NCBI GenBank assembly: GCA_977020255.1
Contig: CDROCS010002469.1
Span: 248,001 to 312,000 of the forward strand
Direction of reading: 5' to 3'
DNA: 64,000 nucleotides
Source of the DNA: Obrimoposthia wandeli
Taxonomy: Eukaryota
Part shown: piece after piece, positions 51,065-61,723 of the stretch
Layout: every line of letters starts with the position of its first letter
Position numbering within the stretch: the stretch's first letter is position 1
The notes under the pieces: model-generated
What the model was told of the DNA's origin: nothing
Seen by the model: the letters and a program-made list of their open reading frames with translations, nothing else
The model's database searches: none
Made by a program: the position numbers and the translations under genes

Positions 51065-51742
51065 TTTATTTCCATTTCAATTTCTAATAATCTGGTTTTT
51101 ATTAAAGATCCCCGGGGTAAGCCCTCTTGCTAACTCGAGGCATTTACTTCTGGTGCCAGAAATAACGTATCAGAGGCGACCGATAAGGCTAAAAAAACAT
51201 TTACATAACGTATCAAACGATAGTAAGGCGCGGCAAAAATTGGCGAAACAACGCAATCAGCACACCTTGCTCCTTGGATATTGAACTCGTTTTTAATACC
51301 GGCTTATTTGAGCATAGCCATCATAATCTATGGGTAAACTATACTGAACCTTCTATTATGTAACACTTTGCCTAGCGTATAAAGATCGTGGACATTTTCT
51401 ATACTTAACATTAGAAAATAGCACAAGCGTATTAGATAGCTTTTATTGAATGCGCGCTCATCTTTAGTACTCTTGTTGCGTAAACAGTAAATGTTGTGTA
51501 AACCACAAAAAATTTGCGCTTTCTTCATGAGATCGATAACTAATCAGCAATACTATCTAAAAGCGCCGCTGAGCGTTATTTTTTTCTTGTTTTAACTTCA
51601 CTGGTAACGTTATGCTATGCGTCTGCTAAAATATAGACTAAAATGCATTTCTTCGGCTCTATGTAGATGCTTTATAAGCTACAAGTTACCCCATCCACAG
51701 CAGTTTAAACACTATAAAAAGTCAACATCACTCCGGTTTACT

Positions 51743-52870
51743 ATGAAAAAATTTGCGTTTTTAGCTTGGCCCACTGTTTGCGGTATATTAATTGCACTAT
51801 TATTTGTACAACTTAATCCGCGATTCTCATCACCTACACCAGTCACCGTTAATAAAGTTGAATTAACGACATTACAAAATCAGAACGCAACCAACAGCGT
51901 ACAAATTTCAAACGATTTTGTAAGTTCTTACGCTGACGCTGTTGAAAAAGCAGCACCGGCGGTTGTTAATGTTTATATTCGCACTAATAATAGTGAACAA
52001 AATAATTCCGACCAACCATTACCCTCTCCTTCTAGTGAGTTTAATAGTAGCTTAGGATCAGGCGTTATTTTGAACCAGCAAGGTTACATTGTCACCAATA
52101 ACCATGTAATAGCAAAGGCTGATGAAATCGTTGTTGCATTACAAGATGGCAGAGAAACCGTTGCAAAAGTGATTGGCACTGATATTGGTACGGATTTAGC
52201 CATTTTAAAAATTAACTTGCCAAATTTACCTAATATCATCATAGAAGATTCTGAAAGCTTACGCGTGGGTGATAGTGTTTTAGCCATCGGTAACCCATTT
52301 GATTTTGGGCAAACGGTCACTAAAGGCATCATAAGTGCTAAAAGCCGCAACAGTGTGGGCTTGAATAGATATGAAAATTTCCTGCAGACCGATGCTGCTA
52401 TCAATCCTGGTAATTCTGGTGGTGCTTTAATCAACACACAAGGTAATTTAGTTGGCATTAGTTCTGCTATTTTTTCAAAATCTGGGGGCTCCAACGGAAT
52501 AGGGTTTGCTATTCCCTCCTCCCTTGCATTAAAAGTAATGCGTAACCTAATTGAAGATGGCAGAGTCATTCGCGGTTGGTTAGGAGTGGAAACTCAAGAG
52601 TTAACCCCACAACTCGCTGAATCTTTTGGACTTAATAATATTCGAGGGTTAATTTTGGCGGGTGTTTCCCCAAATGGGCCTGCTTCTAAAGCAGGCTTAC
52701 AAGCCGGTGACTTAATATTAGCTTTCAATGATATGTCAATTATCAGTGGCTTAGACTCGATGCGTAGCATCGCTGAAGTAAAGCCCGGCAGCATAGTAAA
52801 AGTTAACTTTTTAAGAAACGGTGAAGCATTGACTGCTGATATTATCGTTGGCGAAAGACCTGCTAGCTAG
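51743..52870 (+). CDS. degS: DegS/AlgW-type trypsin-like serine protease with one PDZ domain
   Basis: N-terminal TM, SLGSGV, TNNHV, TDLA, QTDAAINPGNSGG, single PDZ; ATG 51743 preferred. Confidence 0.9.
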   Translation: MKKFAFLAWPTVCGILIALLFVQLNPRFSSPTPVTVNKVELTTLQNQNATNSVQISNDFVSSYADAVEKAAPAVVNVYIRTNNSEQNNSDQPLPSPSSEFNSSLGSGVILNQQGYIVTNNHVIAKADEIVVALQDGRETVAKVIGTDIGTDLAILKINLPNLPNIIIEDSESLRVGDSVLAIGNPFDFGQTVTKGIISAKSRNSVGLNRYENFLQTDAAINPGNSGGALINTQGNLVGISSAIFSKSGGSNGIGFAIPSSLALKVMRNLIEDGRVIRGWLGVETQELTPQLAESFGLNNIRGLILAGVSPNGPASKAGLQAGDLILAFNDMSIISGLDSMRSIAEVKPGSIVKVNFLRNGEALTADIIVGERPAS

Positions 52871-52871
52871 A

Positions 52872-53026
52872 AGGCTGTCTAAGAATAGCGATGTTGCGAG
52901 ATTACAGGCTATTTATATCAAACTTTCGAGCGTTTTAGGTAATAGTGAATATCTATGCATCACAACGAACTTAGAATTTTCCTAAATATACAGATCACCA
53001 TAGACTAGTTTGCTGTCCGACAGTCT
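52872..53026. repeat. Diverged MITE-like element related to family B
   Basis: Ends AGGCTGTC / TGTCCGACAGTCT; internal TTTCGA.C.TTTTA.G..AATAG resembles 46982-47134; lies between convergent genes. Confidence 0.4.
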
Positions 53027-53033
53027 ACCAATG

Positions 53034-55178
53034 TCATTTCAACCCCAGTTCACGCAACCTTTTATATAAAGTATTACGGCTGATCCCCAGAATTTTAGCG
53101 GTTTTACTTAAATTGCCATTGCATGCTTGATAACACTTTAACGTGCTTTGGTTTGGACTATCATCTGTATCTTTATTGTCGGCTGTTTGTGTAAGTGTTG
53201 TGCTTTCATTGATTGCCGATTGAGAGCTACTACTCTTCAAATACTGCGCTTTTTCATCTAAATCGCCTTGATTAGCTAACTGCTCAACACAAGAGTGATG
53301 CCTATCATCAGTAATGGTATGTACAGCACTCTTATTGACTGAGTGAGCAGATAAAACCGATACATGCTGTAATTGCGGATCTGAATCCACTGAGTGATTA
53401 AATTGAGCTGCATTTAACTCTCTCTCTGATATACCAGTTAGCTTTCTTAAATCATCAAAGAAATCATCTGGCAAATCACTACTTTTTAAAGGTTTGTCTT
53501 CTGCCATCGCTAACGCTACATCTAATACACTGATAAATTGTCGTATATTTCCAGGCCAAGGGTGGCGCATAAATAGCGCTAATATCTCTACAGATAACTC
53601 ACTTTGCTGCACATTATTACTGTTTCGCATCAATAAGTACTCAAACAAAGCTTGCTTGTCAGCGCGCTCTCGTAACGCAGGTATTTGAATGTTTAAGCCA
53701 CTTACTCTATAAAACAAATCCCTTCTAAATAGCTCTTTTTCCACCAGCACCTTTAAATTGCAATGAGTGGCCGAGATGATTTTCACATCCACTGGATAAG
53801 ATTGAGTAGATCCCAACGGCATTACTTTGCGCTCCTGTAATACCCTTAACAACCTGCCCTGTACGTTTAATGGCATATCGCCAATCTCATCGAGGAACAG
53901 TATCCCTTTATTAGCCTGGCGAATTAGCCCAATAGAACCTTTACTATCAGCACCCGTGAATGCCCCTTTAACATAGCCGAATAATTCTGACTCGACTAAA
54001 TTCGCAGGAATTGCGGCGCAGTTTAAAGCGACTAAGGGCTTAGTACTTCTGCTGCTAATTTGGTGTAGAGCTTTAACAAAGACTTCTTTGCCAACACCTG
54101 TTTCACCAAAAATTAGCATAGGGATATCTTTCTCAATCACTTTTTTAGCTTGTTCAATAGCTCGCTTTAAACGCTGATCGCCAAACTCAACATGTTCAAA
54201 ATCTATTTCTAAATTAGCTCCTAAACCTTTTCTTAAGTCTAACTCTGAATTCCCCCCTAAAAACACCCTTAAACTTTTCCCCAAACCCTCTGCTGATTTT
54301 GTAACCGTTCTAGCGATGTGTTTAACATTTTTAGGCGCTTGCACTTTGGCGTACATATTATATTTATCTAATATGCGCAGTTCAAAAGGTGTTTGATGTG
54401 GAAGCTTATGTAACTCATTAAAATCACTGCTAAAAACATCTCTAAAGCTAACACCTTGCAAATTGAAGTTAAGTAACAGCTCCGCTCGACGATTATAGGC
54501 AGTAATATAGCCTTGAATATCCACCACTATCACACCTGACCACTGGCTATCCAGGTTGTCATAGTGAGTATTAATGGTAACGAGGTAATTATTTTCATGG
54601 TATTTTTCGTAAATCAAACAATTCTCGATAGATTGAGACATCAACCTAACCATACCTAGCGTATGTGCTTGAGGCATGTACGTATCGCTAGAAATATCTA
54701 ATACCGCGAGTAATTCATTATTGGTATCAAAAATAGGTGATGCCGAGCCGATCATATATCGATGTCTTTTCAAAAAGTGTTCATCGCGTTGCACTTGTAC
54801 CGCTTCACCTGTGGTAAGCGCTGTACCGATAGCATTGGTGCCAGTTGCCACTTCTTGCCAACTAGCACCTGATGAAAAAAATTCTTTTTGTGTTTTAGAA
54901 ATAAATCGTTGTTCACCCCAACTATTTAAAACCTGACCCTGATTATCCGTGAGCAATATTAAACAGGGGCTATTATTTAAAATATTATCGTAATATGGCA
55001 ATACCGCGTGATCAGTGGTGTTTATCAGACGACGATGGATATCGACTAAAATATCAGTATCCGCAGATTGCAGCTTCTGTAATTCAGGTTCTGCGTCGTG
55101 CTTCAATCCGAAATCCCGACAGCGCTGCCAAGAATCGGTAATTAGTTTAGTATGTGAATCATTGCTCATATTATTCAT
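53034..55178 (-). CDS. Sigma54-dependent enhancer-binding regulator, GAF-PAS-AAA-HTH (AcoR-like)
   Basis: SWQRC, GTNAIGTAL, GETGVGKE, ESELFGYVKGAFTGA, LFLDEIG, WPGNIRQ, Fis HTH LGISRNTLYKRL. Confidence 0.95.
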   Translation of the reverse strand: MNNMSNDSHTKLITDSWQRCRDFGLKHDAEPELQKLQSADTDILVDIHRRLINTTDHAVLPYYDNILNNSPCLILLTDNQGQVLNSWGEQRFISKTQKEFFSSGASWQEVATGTNAIGTALTTGEAVQVQRDEHFLKRHRYMIGSASPIFDTNNELLAVLDISSDTYMPQAHTLGMVRLMSQSIENCLIYEKYHENNYLVTINTHYDNLDSQWSGVIVVDIQGYITAYNRRAELLLNFNLQGVSFRDVFSSDFNELHKLPHQTPFELRILDKYNMYAKVQAPKNVKHIARTVTKSAEGLGKSLRVFLGGNSELDLRKGLGANLEIDFEHVEFGDQRLKRAIEQAKKVIEKDIPMLIFGETGVGKEVFVKALHQISSRSTKPLVALNCAAIPANLVESELFGYVKGAFTGADSKGSIGLIRQANKGILFLDEIGDMPLNVQGRLLRVLQERKVMPLGSTQSYPVDVKIISATHCNLKVLVEKELFRRDLFYRVSGLNIQIPALRERADKQALFEYLLMRNSNNVQQSELSVEILALFMRHPWPGNIRQFISVLDVALAMAEDKPLKSSDLPDDFFDDLRKLTGISERELNAAQFNHSVDSDPQLQHVSVLSAHSVNKSAVHTITDDRHHSCVEQLANQGDLDEKAQYLKSSSSQSAINESTTLTQTADNKDTDDSPNQSTLKCYQACNGNLSKTAKILGISRNTLYKRLRELGLK

Positions 55179-55296
55179 CTTAATAATTAAATCTAAAAAG
55201 TTAATTGCTTCTACGTATGCCTAAAAATTATGGCTACAATAGATAGCGACAGTCATCCTTTTCTATAAACATACCTTTATTAACCCTTTTCAAAAT

Positions 55297-55563
55297 ATGT
55301 TCACTTAATTGATTAATAGCCTGCCCAATCGCTATGAGTGGAAGATTACAATATTCAATTATGTTCATTTTTATGTTCAATAATGTTCAAAGTCAACAAA
55401 CAATTCAAACTCTAATAATTAAAAAATCTAAAAAATCTAAAAAAATTCACATTAAACACATACAATACAGCAAGTTAAAAATTATAAAATATTTTTATCT
55501 ATATTGGCACACAATTCGCTTTATATTAAAGATCAAACAATATTGTTCAACTTAATTTGAACA
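55297..55563. promoter_or_regulatory. Array of ATGTTCA direct repeats plus a TGTTCAA-N6-TTGAACA palindrome; candidate operators
   Basis: ATGTTCA at 55297, 55361, 55373 and 55383; palindrome 55544-55563. Confidence 0.5.
55504..55520 (+). promoter_or_regulatory. Sigma54 -24/-12 promoter of the ABC operon
   Basis: TTGGCACACAATTCGCT with GG at 55506-07 and GC at 55518-19 correctly spaced, divergent from an enhancer-binding protein. Confidence 0.8.
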
Positions 55564-55604
55564 GTTGTAATTTAAAGTGTTCATTTGTTTCAAGGATCCG
55601 ATTT

Positions 55605-56699
55605 ATGTCCTTAGTGTTAGAAAATGTTTATCGAAAAGTTGATGGTATTGATCATCTTTCCAATATCAATCTTGAGTTTAAACCTGGCTCTTTTAATGTG
55701 TTACTAGGGCGTACGCTTGCGGGTAAAACATCATTGATGCGAGTCATCGCCGGCCTCGATAAAGTATCTTCTGGTAAAGTCTTTATGGATGATAAAGACG
55801 TTACTGAAGATAGCGTGCAAAAACGCAATATATCAATGGTTTACCAACAATTCATCAATTATCCCAATATGACGGTGTATGACAATATAGCCTCTCCGTT
55901 AAAGCTCAGCGGCACCGCTAATAGCGAGATAAAACGCAGAGTACAAGAGACAGCAGAAATGCTGCATATTGAAAGCTTTCTAGAGCGTCACCCTCTGGAA
56001 TTATCTGGCGGCCAGCAACAACGTACTGCAATGGCTAGAGCATTGGTTAAAGATGCCAGCATTATTTTGTTTGACGAACCATTAGTTAACTTAGATTACA
56101 AACTTCGCGAGGAATTACGTCAAGAGTTACGAGAGCTTTTTAAGTTACGAAACAGTATTGCTATATACGCTACCACTGAACCTAACGAGGCTCTCGCTTT
56201 AGGCGGAACCACTAGTTTGTTACATCAAGGGCAATTATTGCAAACGGGCCCTGCTATAGAGCAATATCACAAGCCTATTAATTTAAATGCCGCTGATTTG
56301 TATAGCGAACCCCCTATAAATTTATTAAAAGGTAGTATTAAAGGCGCGCAATTGAGCATTGAAAACTACGCAAGCTTTCCTGTCGCTAATCATTTTGAGG
56401 ATATTCCCGAAGGTGATTACAGCTTTGGCATTCGCCCTAGTCATATCAGTTTAGTGCCAAAACACAACGCTGACATTGAACTCGCTGTTAAAGTAGATGT
56501 AGCCGAAATTAGCGCTTCTGAAACTTTTTTACATGTCGCCAATAAGGATCTACAGATTGTTTTACAACTGTCTGGTGTGCACGATTATCGCACGAACACC
56601 GCTGTTAACATTTACATCCCACCTGAAAAGCTGTTCATTTTTGAAAGTGATGGCACCATCATAAAAGCACCGAGTGCTTCATTGAAAGGATCGCACTAA
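55605..56699 (+). CDS. Glycerol-type ABC ATP-binding subunit (rhizobial GlpS-like)
   Basis: Atypical Walker A LLGRTLAGKTSLMR, VYQQFINYP, LSGGQQQR, LFDEPLVNLDYKLRE. Confidence 0.9.
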   Translation: MSLVLENVYRKVDGIDHLSNINLEFKPGSFNVLLGRTLAGKTSLMRVIAGLDKVSSGKVFMDDKDVTEDSVQKRNISMVYQQFINYPNMTVYDNIASPLKLSGTANSEIKRRVQETAEMLHIESFLERHPLELSGGQQQRTAMARALVKDASIILFDEPLVNLDYKLREELRQELRELFKLRNSIAIYATTEPNEALALGGTTSLLHQGQLLQTGPAIEQYHKPINLNAADLYSEPPINLLKGSIKGAQLSIENYASFPVANHFEDIPEGDYSFGIRPSHISLVPKHNADIELAVKVDVAEISASETFLHVANKDLQIVLQLSGVHDYRTNTAVNIYIPPEKLFIFESDGTIIKAPSASLKGSH

Positions 56700-57826
56700 T
56701 GGCTGAAATACATTTAAAAGGCTTAGCTCATAGTTATATGGGCAACCCACAAATAAGTGGTGATTATGCCATTCATGAAATGGATCACGTTTGGCAACAA
56801 GGTGGAGCTTACGCTCTGTTAGGCCCATCTGGATGCGGAAAGAGTACTTTACTCAATCTTATATCTGGATTGATTAAACCCTCCCATGGCAGCGTGTTAT
56901 TTGATGGCGTAGAAGTTAACAATATTTCTACGCAAGACCGTAATATTGCTCAAGTTTTCCAGTTTCCTGTGATCTATGATTCGATGACGGTTTACGATAA
57001 CTTAGCCTTTCCGCTGCGTAACATGAAAATGGATAAGCATACAATTGATAGCAAAGTGAAAGAAGTAGCTACCACTTTGGATTTAACTAGCATTTTATCG
57101 CGCAAGGCAAATAACTTATCAGCAGATGAGAAGCAGAAAATATCGATGGGCCGCGGACTCGTTCGAGATGATGTTTCCGCCATTTTATTTGATGAACCTC
57201 TGACGGTAATTGACCCGAATTTAAAATGGAAACTGCGTCGTCAACTTAAACAGATTCATGAACGCTATAACATCACCATGGTTTACGTTACCCACGATCA
57301 ATTGGAAGCATCCACCTTTGCTGACAAAATAGCCTTAATGTATGAAGGGAAAATCGTACAATTTGGCACACCTAGAGAGCTCTTCGAAAACCCTAATCAC
57401 ACTTTCGTTGGCTACTTTATTGGCAGCCCGGGAATGAACTTTATTTCGCTGAAAAAAGAAGCTTCTAATGGCAGCTACAATTTCAGCTTCGACGGTATCG
57501 ACTTTCCACTGACACATGAGCAACACAGTGCTTTGATTAACGTCAACAGTGACAACATTAAAGTGGGCATACGACCAGAGTTTATTCAGTTATCGACTGT
57601 TGAACATCAAGAATCATTGCCTTGCAAGATATTGCACACTGAAGATCTTGGGACCTACAAAATAGTCTCTATAAAGGTCGGTGAGCAAACAATCAAAGTA
57701 CGACTGGGAGAAGATCAACATGTTCCCAGTGAAAGTGCTTATGCCACCTTCCCTAACCCCTGGGTAAAAATTTATGTCGATGAGTATTTAATCGACACCC
57801 AAACGGGAGATATTCACGATGAATAA
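56699..57826 (+). CDS. Glycerol-type ABC ATP-binding subunit (rhizobial GlpT-like)
   Basis: LLGPSGCGKST, QVFQFPVIY, LFDEPLTVIDP, YVTHDQ. Confidence 0.9.
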   Translation: MAEIHLKGLAHSYMGNPQISGDYAIHEMDHVWQQGGAYALLGPSGCGKSTLLNLISGLIKPSHGSVLFDGVEVNNISTQDRNIAQVFQFPVIYDSMTVYDNLAFPLRNMKMDKHTIDSKVKEVATTLDLTSILSRKANNLSADEKQKISMGRGLVRDDVSAILFDEPLTVIDPNLKWKLRRQLKQIHERYNITMVYVTHDQLEASTFADKIALMYEGKIVQFGTPRELFENPNHTFVGYFIGSPGMNFISLKKEASNGSYNFSFDGIDFPLTHEQHSALINVNSDNIKVGIRPEFIQLSTVEHQESLPCKILHTEDLGTYKIVSIKVGEQTIKVRLGEDQHVPSESAYATFPNPWVKIYVDEYLIDTQTGDIHDE

Positions 57827-58706
57827 AGTACAAAATAACAAAGCCTGGTTTTTGGTTTTACCGGTGTTTTTGTTAGTAGCTTTTTCGGCAATCGTGCCAT
57901 TAATGACGGTTGTTAACTATTCCATTCAAGATATTTTCGATCAAAATAATGCTTATTATGTCGGCGCTGAATGGTACAAAGAAGTGCTATCGGATCCTAG
58001 ATTACAAGACTCTCTTGCCAGACAGTTTATGTTTTCTGGCACTGTATTAATGATCGAAGTACCCCTAGGTATCGCTGTTGCTTTAATGATGCCAACTAAA
58101 GGTTGGACTGCCTCGTTAAGCTTGATTGTGCTGGCATTACCTTTGCTTATTCCATGGAATGTCGTGGGAACTATTTGGCAGATTTTTGCACGTGGTGATA
58201 TCGGTTTACTTGGTTATGCCATTAACGGATTAGGCTTTGATTATAACTACACCAACAACCCTATCGACGCTTGGGCAACCGTATTACTGATGGATGTTTG
58301 GCACTGGACCTCATTAGTGGCCTTATTGTGCTACTCAGGACTAAGAGCTATTCCAGATGCTTACTACCAAGCGGCAAGAATAGATCGTGCTTCAAGCTGG
58401 TCAACCTTTAGATTTATCCAACTTCCCAAGCTTAAAGGAGTGTTGATCATTGGCATCTTATTGCGCTTTATGGATAGCTTTATGATTTATACAGAACCGT
58501 TTGTATTAACCGGTGGCGGCCCCGGTAACTCAACCACTTTTTTAAGCCAAACCTTAACTAAGATGGCGATTGGCCAATTTGATATAGGCCCCGCGGCTGC
58601 CTTTTCTATTATATATTTCTTAATCGTATTGCTGGTCTCTTGGCTGTTTTTCACCACGATCACCCATATGGATAAAGATAAAGTTAAGGAGCAGAGCTAT
58701 GACTAG
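57819..58706 (+). CDS. Glycerol-type ABC permease (rhizobial GlpP-like)
   Basis: NNKAWFLVLPV, MDVWHWT, LTGGGPGN; 6 TM. Confidence 0.9.
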   Translation: MNKVQNNKAWFLVLPVFLLVAFSAIVPLMTVVNYSIQDIFDQNNAYYVGAEWYKEVLSDPRLQDSLARQFMFSGTVLMIEVPLGIAVALMMPTKGWTASLSLIVLALPLLIPWNVVGTIWQIFARGDIGLLGYAINGLGFDYNYTNNPIDAWATVLLMDVWHWTSLVALLCYSGLRAIPDAYYQAARIDRASSWSTFRFIQLPKLKGVLIIGILLRFMDSFMIYTEPFVLTGGGPGNSTTFLSQTLTKMAIGQFDIGPAAAFSIIYFLIVLLVSWLFFTTITHMDKDKVKEQSYD

Positions 58707-59499
58707 CAACAAACGTATTGGCATCCTTCTTTATTCGCTGTTTGTACTATTGCCCATCTATTGGCTGGTTAATATGTCTTTCAAGAGTAACGAAGAAATC
58801 TTGGGCACTTTTAGCTTATGGCCACAACATTTCACCCTGGCTAATTACCAAGTTATTTTTACTGACCCTAGTTGGTATAACGGCTATTTCAACTCGATAT
58901 ACTACGTCGTTTTGAACTCAATCATTACCTTAGCTGTGGCTTTACCTGCCGCTTATGCTTTTAGCCGCTATAAGTTCATCGGTGATAAGCATCTGTTTTT
59001 CTGGTTGTTAACTAACCGCATGGCTCCGCCTGCAGTGTTCTTGTTGCCCTTCTTTCAGTTGTATTCATCTGTTGGTTTGTTTGATACGCATATTGCAGTC
59101 GCGCTTGCCCATTGTTTATTCAGTGTGCCATTAGCAGTATGGATTTTAGAAGGATTCATGTCTGCGGTGCCCAGAGAAATAGATGAAACCGCTTATATTG
59201 ATGGCTATAGCTTTGGCCGCTTCTTTATTCGTATTTTCCTGCCGCTAATTAGCTCTGGTATTGGCGTGACTATCTTTTTTAGCTTCATGTTTTCCTGGGT
59301 TGAATTATTACTGGCCAGAACACTAACCTCTGTTAATGCCAAACCTATTGCCGCCATCATGACGCGAACTATTGGCGCATCCGGTGTTGATTGGGGAGTG
59401 TTAGCCGCCGCAGGTGTTCTCACCATCATACCGGGCATATTAGTGATCTATTTTGTACGTAACCATGTCGCCAAAGGCTTTGCCTTAGGTCGAGTTTAA
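58699..59499 (+). CDS. Glycerol-type ABC permease (rhizobial GlpQ-like)
   Basis: LPIYWLVNMSFK, EAA-like EIDETAYIDG, HVAKGFALGRV. Confidence 0.9.
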   Translation: MTSNKRIGILLYSLFVLLPIYWLVNMSFKSNEEILGTFSLWPQHFTLANYQVIFTDPSWYNGYFNSIYYVVLNSIITLAVALPAAYAFSRYKFIGDKHLFFWLLTNRMAPPAVFLLPFFQLYSSVGLFDTHIAVALAHCLFSVPLAVWILEGFMSAVPREIDETAYIDGYSFGRFFIRIFLPLISSGIGVTIFFSFMFSWVELLLARTLTSVNAKPIAAIMTRTIGASGVDWGVLAAAGVLTIIPGILVIYFVRNHVAKGFALGRV

Positions 59500-59510
59500 G
59501 AGGATTTCAC

Positions 59511-59783
59511 ATGAATTGGATGGCGTGGACGGTACCGTCGGCAATATTTTTCTCCACGATTGGCACTATTATATTGATCATGACTATTTGGGAAATCAAA
59601 GCTCCCTGCACTGATCGCAAAGGTTTTTTACCTATTTCAACCACCCGTGGAGATAGGTTATTTATCGGATTATTAAGCAGCGCATTTATTCATTTGTTCG
59701 TTGTTGGATTCACTTCCATCAGCTTATGGATAGCATTAGTAGTATCAGTGATTTGGGTTATATCACTGCTGCGCTGGGGATAA
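59511..59783 (+). CDS. DUF2160 small membrane protein (GlpU-like)
   Basis: WMAWT, RKGFLPISTTRGDRLFIGLL. Confidence 0.88.
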   Translation: MNWMAWTVPSAIFFSTIGTIILIMTIWEIKAPCTDRKGFLPISTTRGDRLFIGLLSSAFIHLFVVGFTSISLWIALVVSVIWVISLLRWG

Positions 59784-59939
59784 AAGTTTCGCTAATTTCA
59801 AGTACTGAATTAGCTTAAATATAGTCGGGTCACCGATTATTAATCTTGCTTGTTTTATTTACTGCGCCTTCTAGAAGCCGTTCAGTTTCTAAAGATGCAC
59901 AACTTAACAAGCTACAACTTGATGAGATTGAGGTTAAAA

Positions 59940-61670
59940 ATGAAAAATATAAGATCTCCGCGCTTATTGACACTGGCAGCAGTTATCGCAATGACAACTG
60001 TAGGGATGCAAGCTCAAGCCGATATGGCTGCGGCACAAAAGTGGGTATCATCGGAATTCACTGATTCAACCTTGAGCAAAGAACAACAGCTCAAAGAAAT
60101 GCAGTGGTTCATCGATGCGGCAAAAGACTTCGCTGGAATGGAAATCAATGTTGCTTCTGAAACAATAGCCACTCATGAATATGAATCTAAAACACTAGCA
60201 AAAGCGTTCACTGAGATTACCGGTATCAAGGTAAAGCATGATTTGATTCAAGAGGGTGATGTAATAGAAAAGTTACAAACCCAAATGCAATCGGGACGTA
60301 ACATCTATGATGCTTATGTTAACGATTCTGATTTGATCGGCACTCACTTTCGCTACGGTAAAGTCGTTGCTATTTCCGACATGATGGCGGGTGATGGTAA
60401 AAAATACACTTTACCGACACTAGATTTAAAAGATTTTATCGGCTTAGATTTCACCACGGGACCTGACGGTAAGCTCTATCAACTACCCGATCAACAGTTC
60501 GCTAACCTGTATTGGTTCAGAGCTGATTGGTTTGCACGTGAAGACTTAAAAGCTAAGTTCAAAGAAATTTATGGGTATGACTTAGGTGTACCCGTGAATT
60601 GGTCAGCGTATGAAGATATTGCAAAATTCTTCTCTGAAGATGTTAAAAACATCGATGGCTCACGCGTTTATGGCCACATGGATTACGGTAAGAAAGATCC
60701 ATCTTTAGGCTGGCGTTTCACTGACGCATGGTTCTCAATGGCTGGAGGCGGTGACAAAGGTTTACCAAACGGCTTACCTGTTGATGAATGGGGAGTGCGT
60801 GTTGAAGGCTGCCGTCCTGTTGGATCTTCTGTTTCAAGAGGTGGTGCAACTAACGCACCGGCCGCTGTATATGCAACCACCAAATATGTTGAATGGATGC
60901 GTAAATACGCGCCACCAGCAGCGCAAGGTATGACCTTTGGTGAAGCGGGACCTGTTCCTGCACAAGGTAATATTGCCCAGCAAATATTTTGGTACACAGC
61001 GTTTACAGCTAGCATGAACAAGCCAGGCCTAGCAGTAGTGAATGAAGATGGCACGCCGAAATGGCGTATGGCTCCAAGCCCTAAAGGCCCATATTGGGAA
61101 GAAGGCATGAAGCTAGGCTATCAAGATGTTGGTTCTTGGACTTTCTTAAATTCAACACCGGATAAGAAACGTTTAGCCGCTTGGTTATATGCACAGTTCA
61201 CTGTGTCTAAAACGGTTTCTTTAAAGAAAACCCTGATTGGTTTAACGCCAATTCGTAACTCTGACATTCAATCTCAACAAATGACGGATATAGCACCAAA
61301 GCTAGGTGGTTTAGTTGAATTCTATCGCAGCCCTGCAAGAGTTCAATGGACACCAACAGGTACCAATATTCCTGATTATCCTAAGCTAGCACAGCTTTGG
61401 TGGCAGTATGTTGCTGAAGCTTCAAGCGGTGAAAAAACACCACAAGAAGCTTTAGATGGATTAGCAAAAGCACAAGACAAAGTACTCAAGCGTTTAGAGC
61501 GTTCTAAAGTACAAGGCGAATGTGGACCTAAGCTTAATCCTGAACAAGATCCTCAATACTGGTTAAGCCAGCCTGGGTCGCCAAAAGCGAAACTTGCCAA
61601 TGAAAAACCGCAAGGTATCACTATCAATTATGATAAATTGCTAGAAAGCTGGAAGCAAACTGCCAATTAA
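59940..61670 (+). CDS. Glycerol-type ABC substrate-binding protein (GlpV-like)
   Basis: Signal peptide; HDLIQEGDV, YQLPDQQFANLYWFR, HMDYGKKDPSLGWRFTDAW; GAGG RBS before ATG 59940. Confidence 0.9.
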   Translation: MKNIRSPRLLTLAAVIAMTTVGMQAQADMAAAQKWVSSEFTDSTLSKEQQLKEMQWFIDAAKDFAGMEINVASETIATHEYESKTLAKAFTEITGIKVKHDLIQEGDVIEKLQTQMQSGRNIYDAYVNDSDLIGTHFRYGKVVAISDMMAGDGKKYTLPTLDLKDFIGLDFTTGPDGKLYQLPDQQFANLYWFRADWFAREDLKAKFKEIYGYDLGVPVNWSAYEDIAKFFSEDVKNIDGSRVYGHMDYGKKDPSLGWRFTDAWFSMAGGGDKGLPNGLPVDEWGVRVEGCRPVGSSVSRGGATNAPAAVYATTKYVEWMRKYAPPAAQGMTFGEAGPVPAQGNIAQQIFWYTAFTASMNKPGLAVVNEDGTPKWRMAPSPKGPYWEEGMKLGYQDVGSWTFLNSTPDKKRLAAWLYAQFTVSKTVSLKKTLIGLTPIRNSDIQSQQMTDIAPKLGGLVEFYRSPARVQWTPTGTNIPDYPKLAQLWWQYVAEASSGEKTPQEALDGLAKAQDKVLKRLERSKVQGECGPKLNPEQDPQYWLSQPGSPKAKLANEKPQGITINYDKLLESWKQTAN

Positions 61671-61701
61671 TTTAATGGTTGTTACTTATTAGTTATTCTT
61701 G

Positions 61702-61723
61702 AAGCGGGCTTTGCCCGCTTTTT
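61702..61723 (+). terminator. Intrinsic terminator of the ABC operon
   Basis: AAGCGGGC-TTT-GCCCGCTT followed by a T run. Confidence 0.85.

Noticed and set aside
51617-51742. N-terminal extension of DegS
   Set aside because: The TM anchor starts at ATG 51743; the upstream frame looks non-coding
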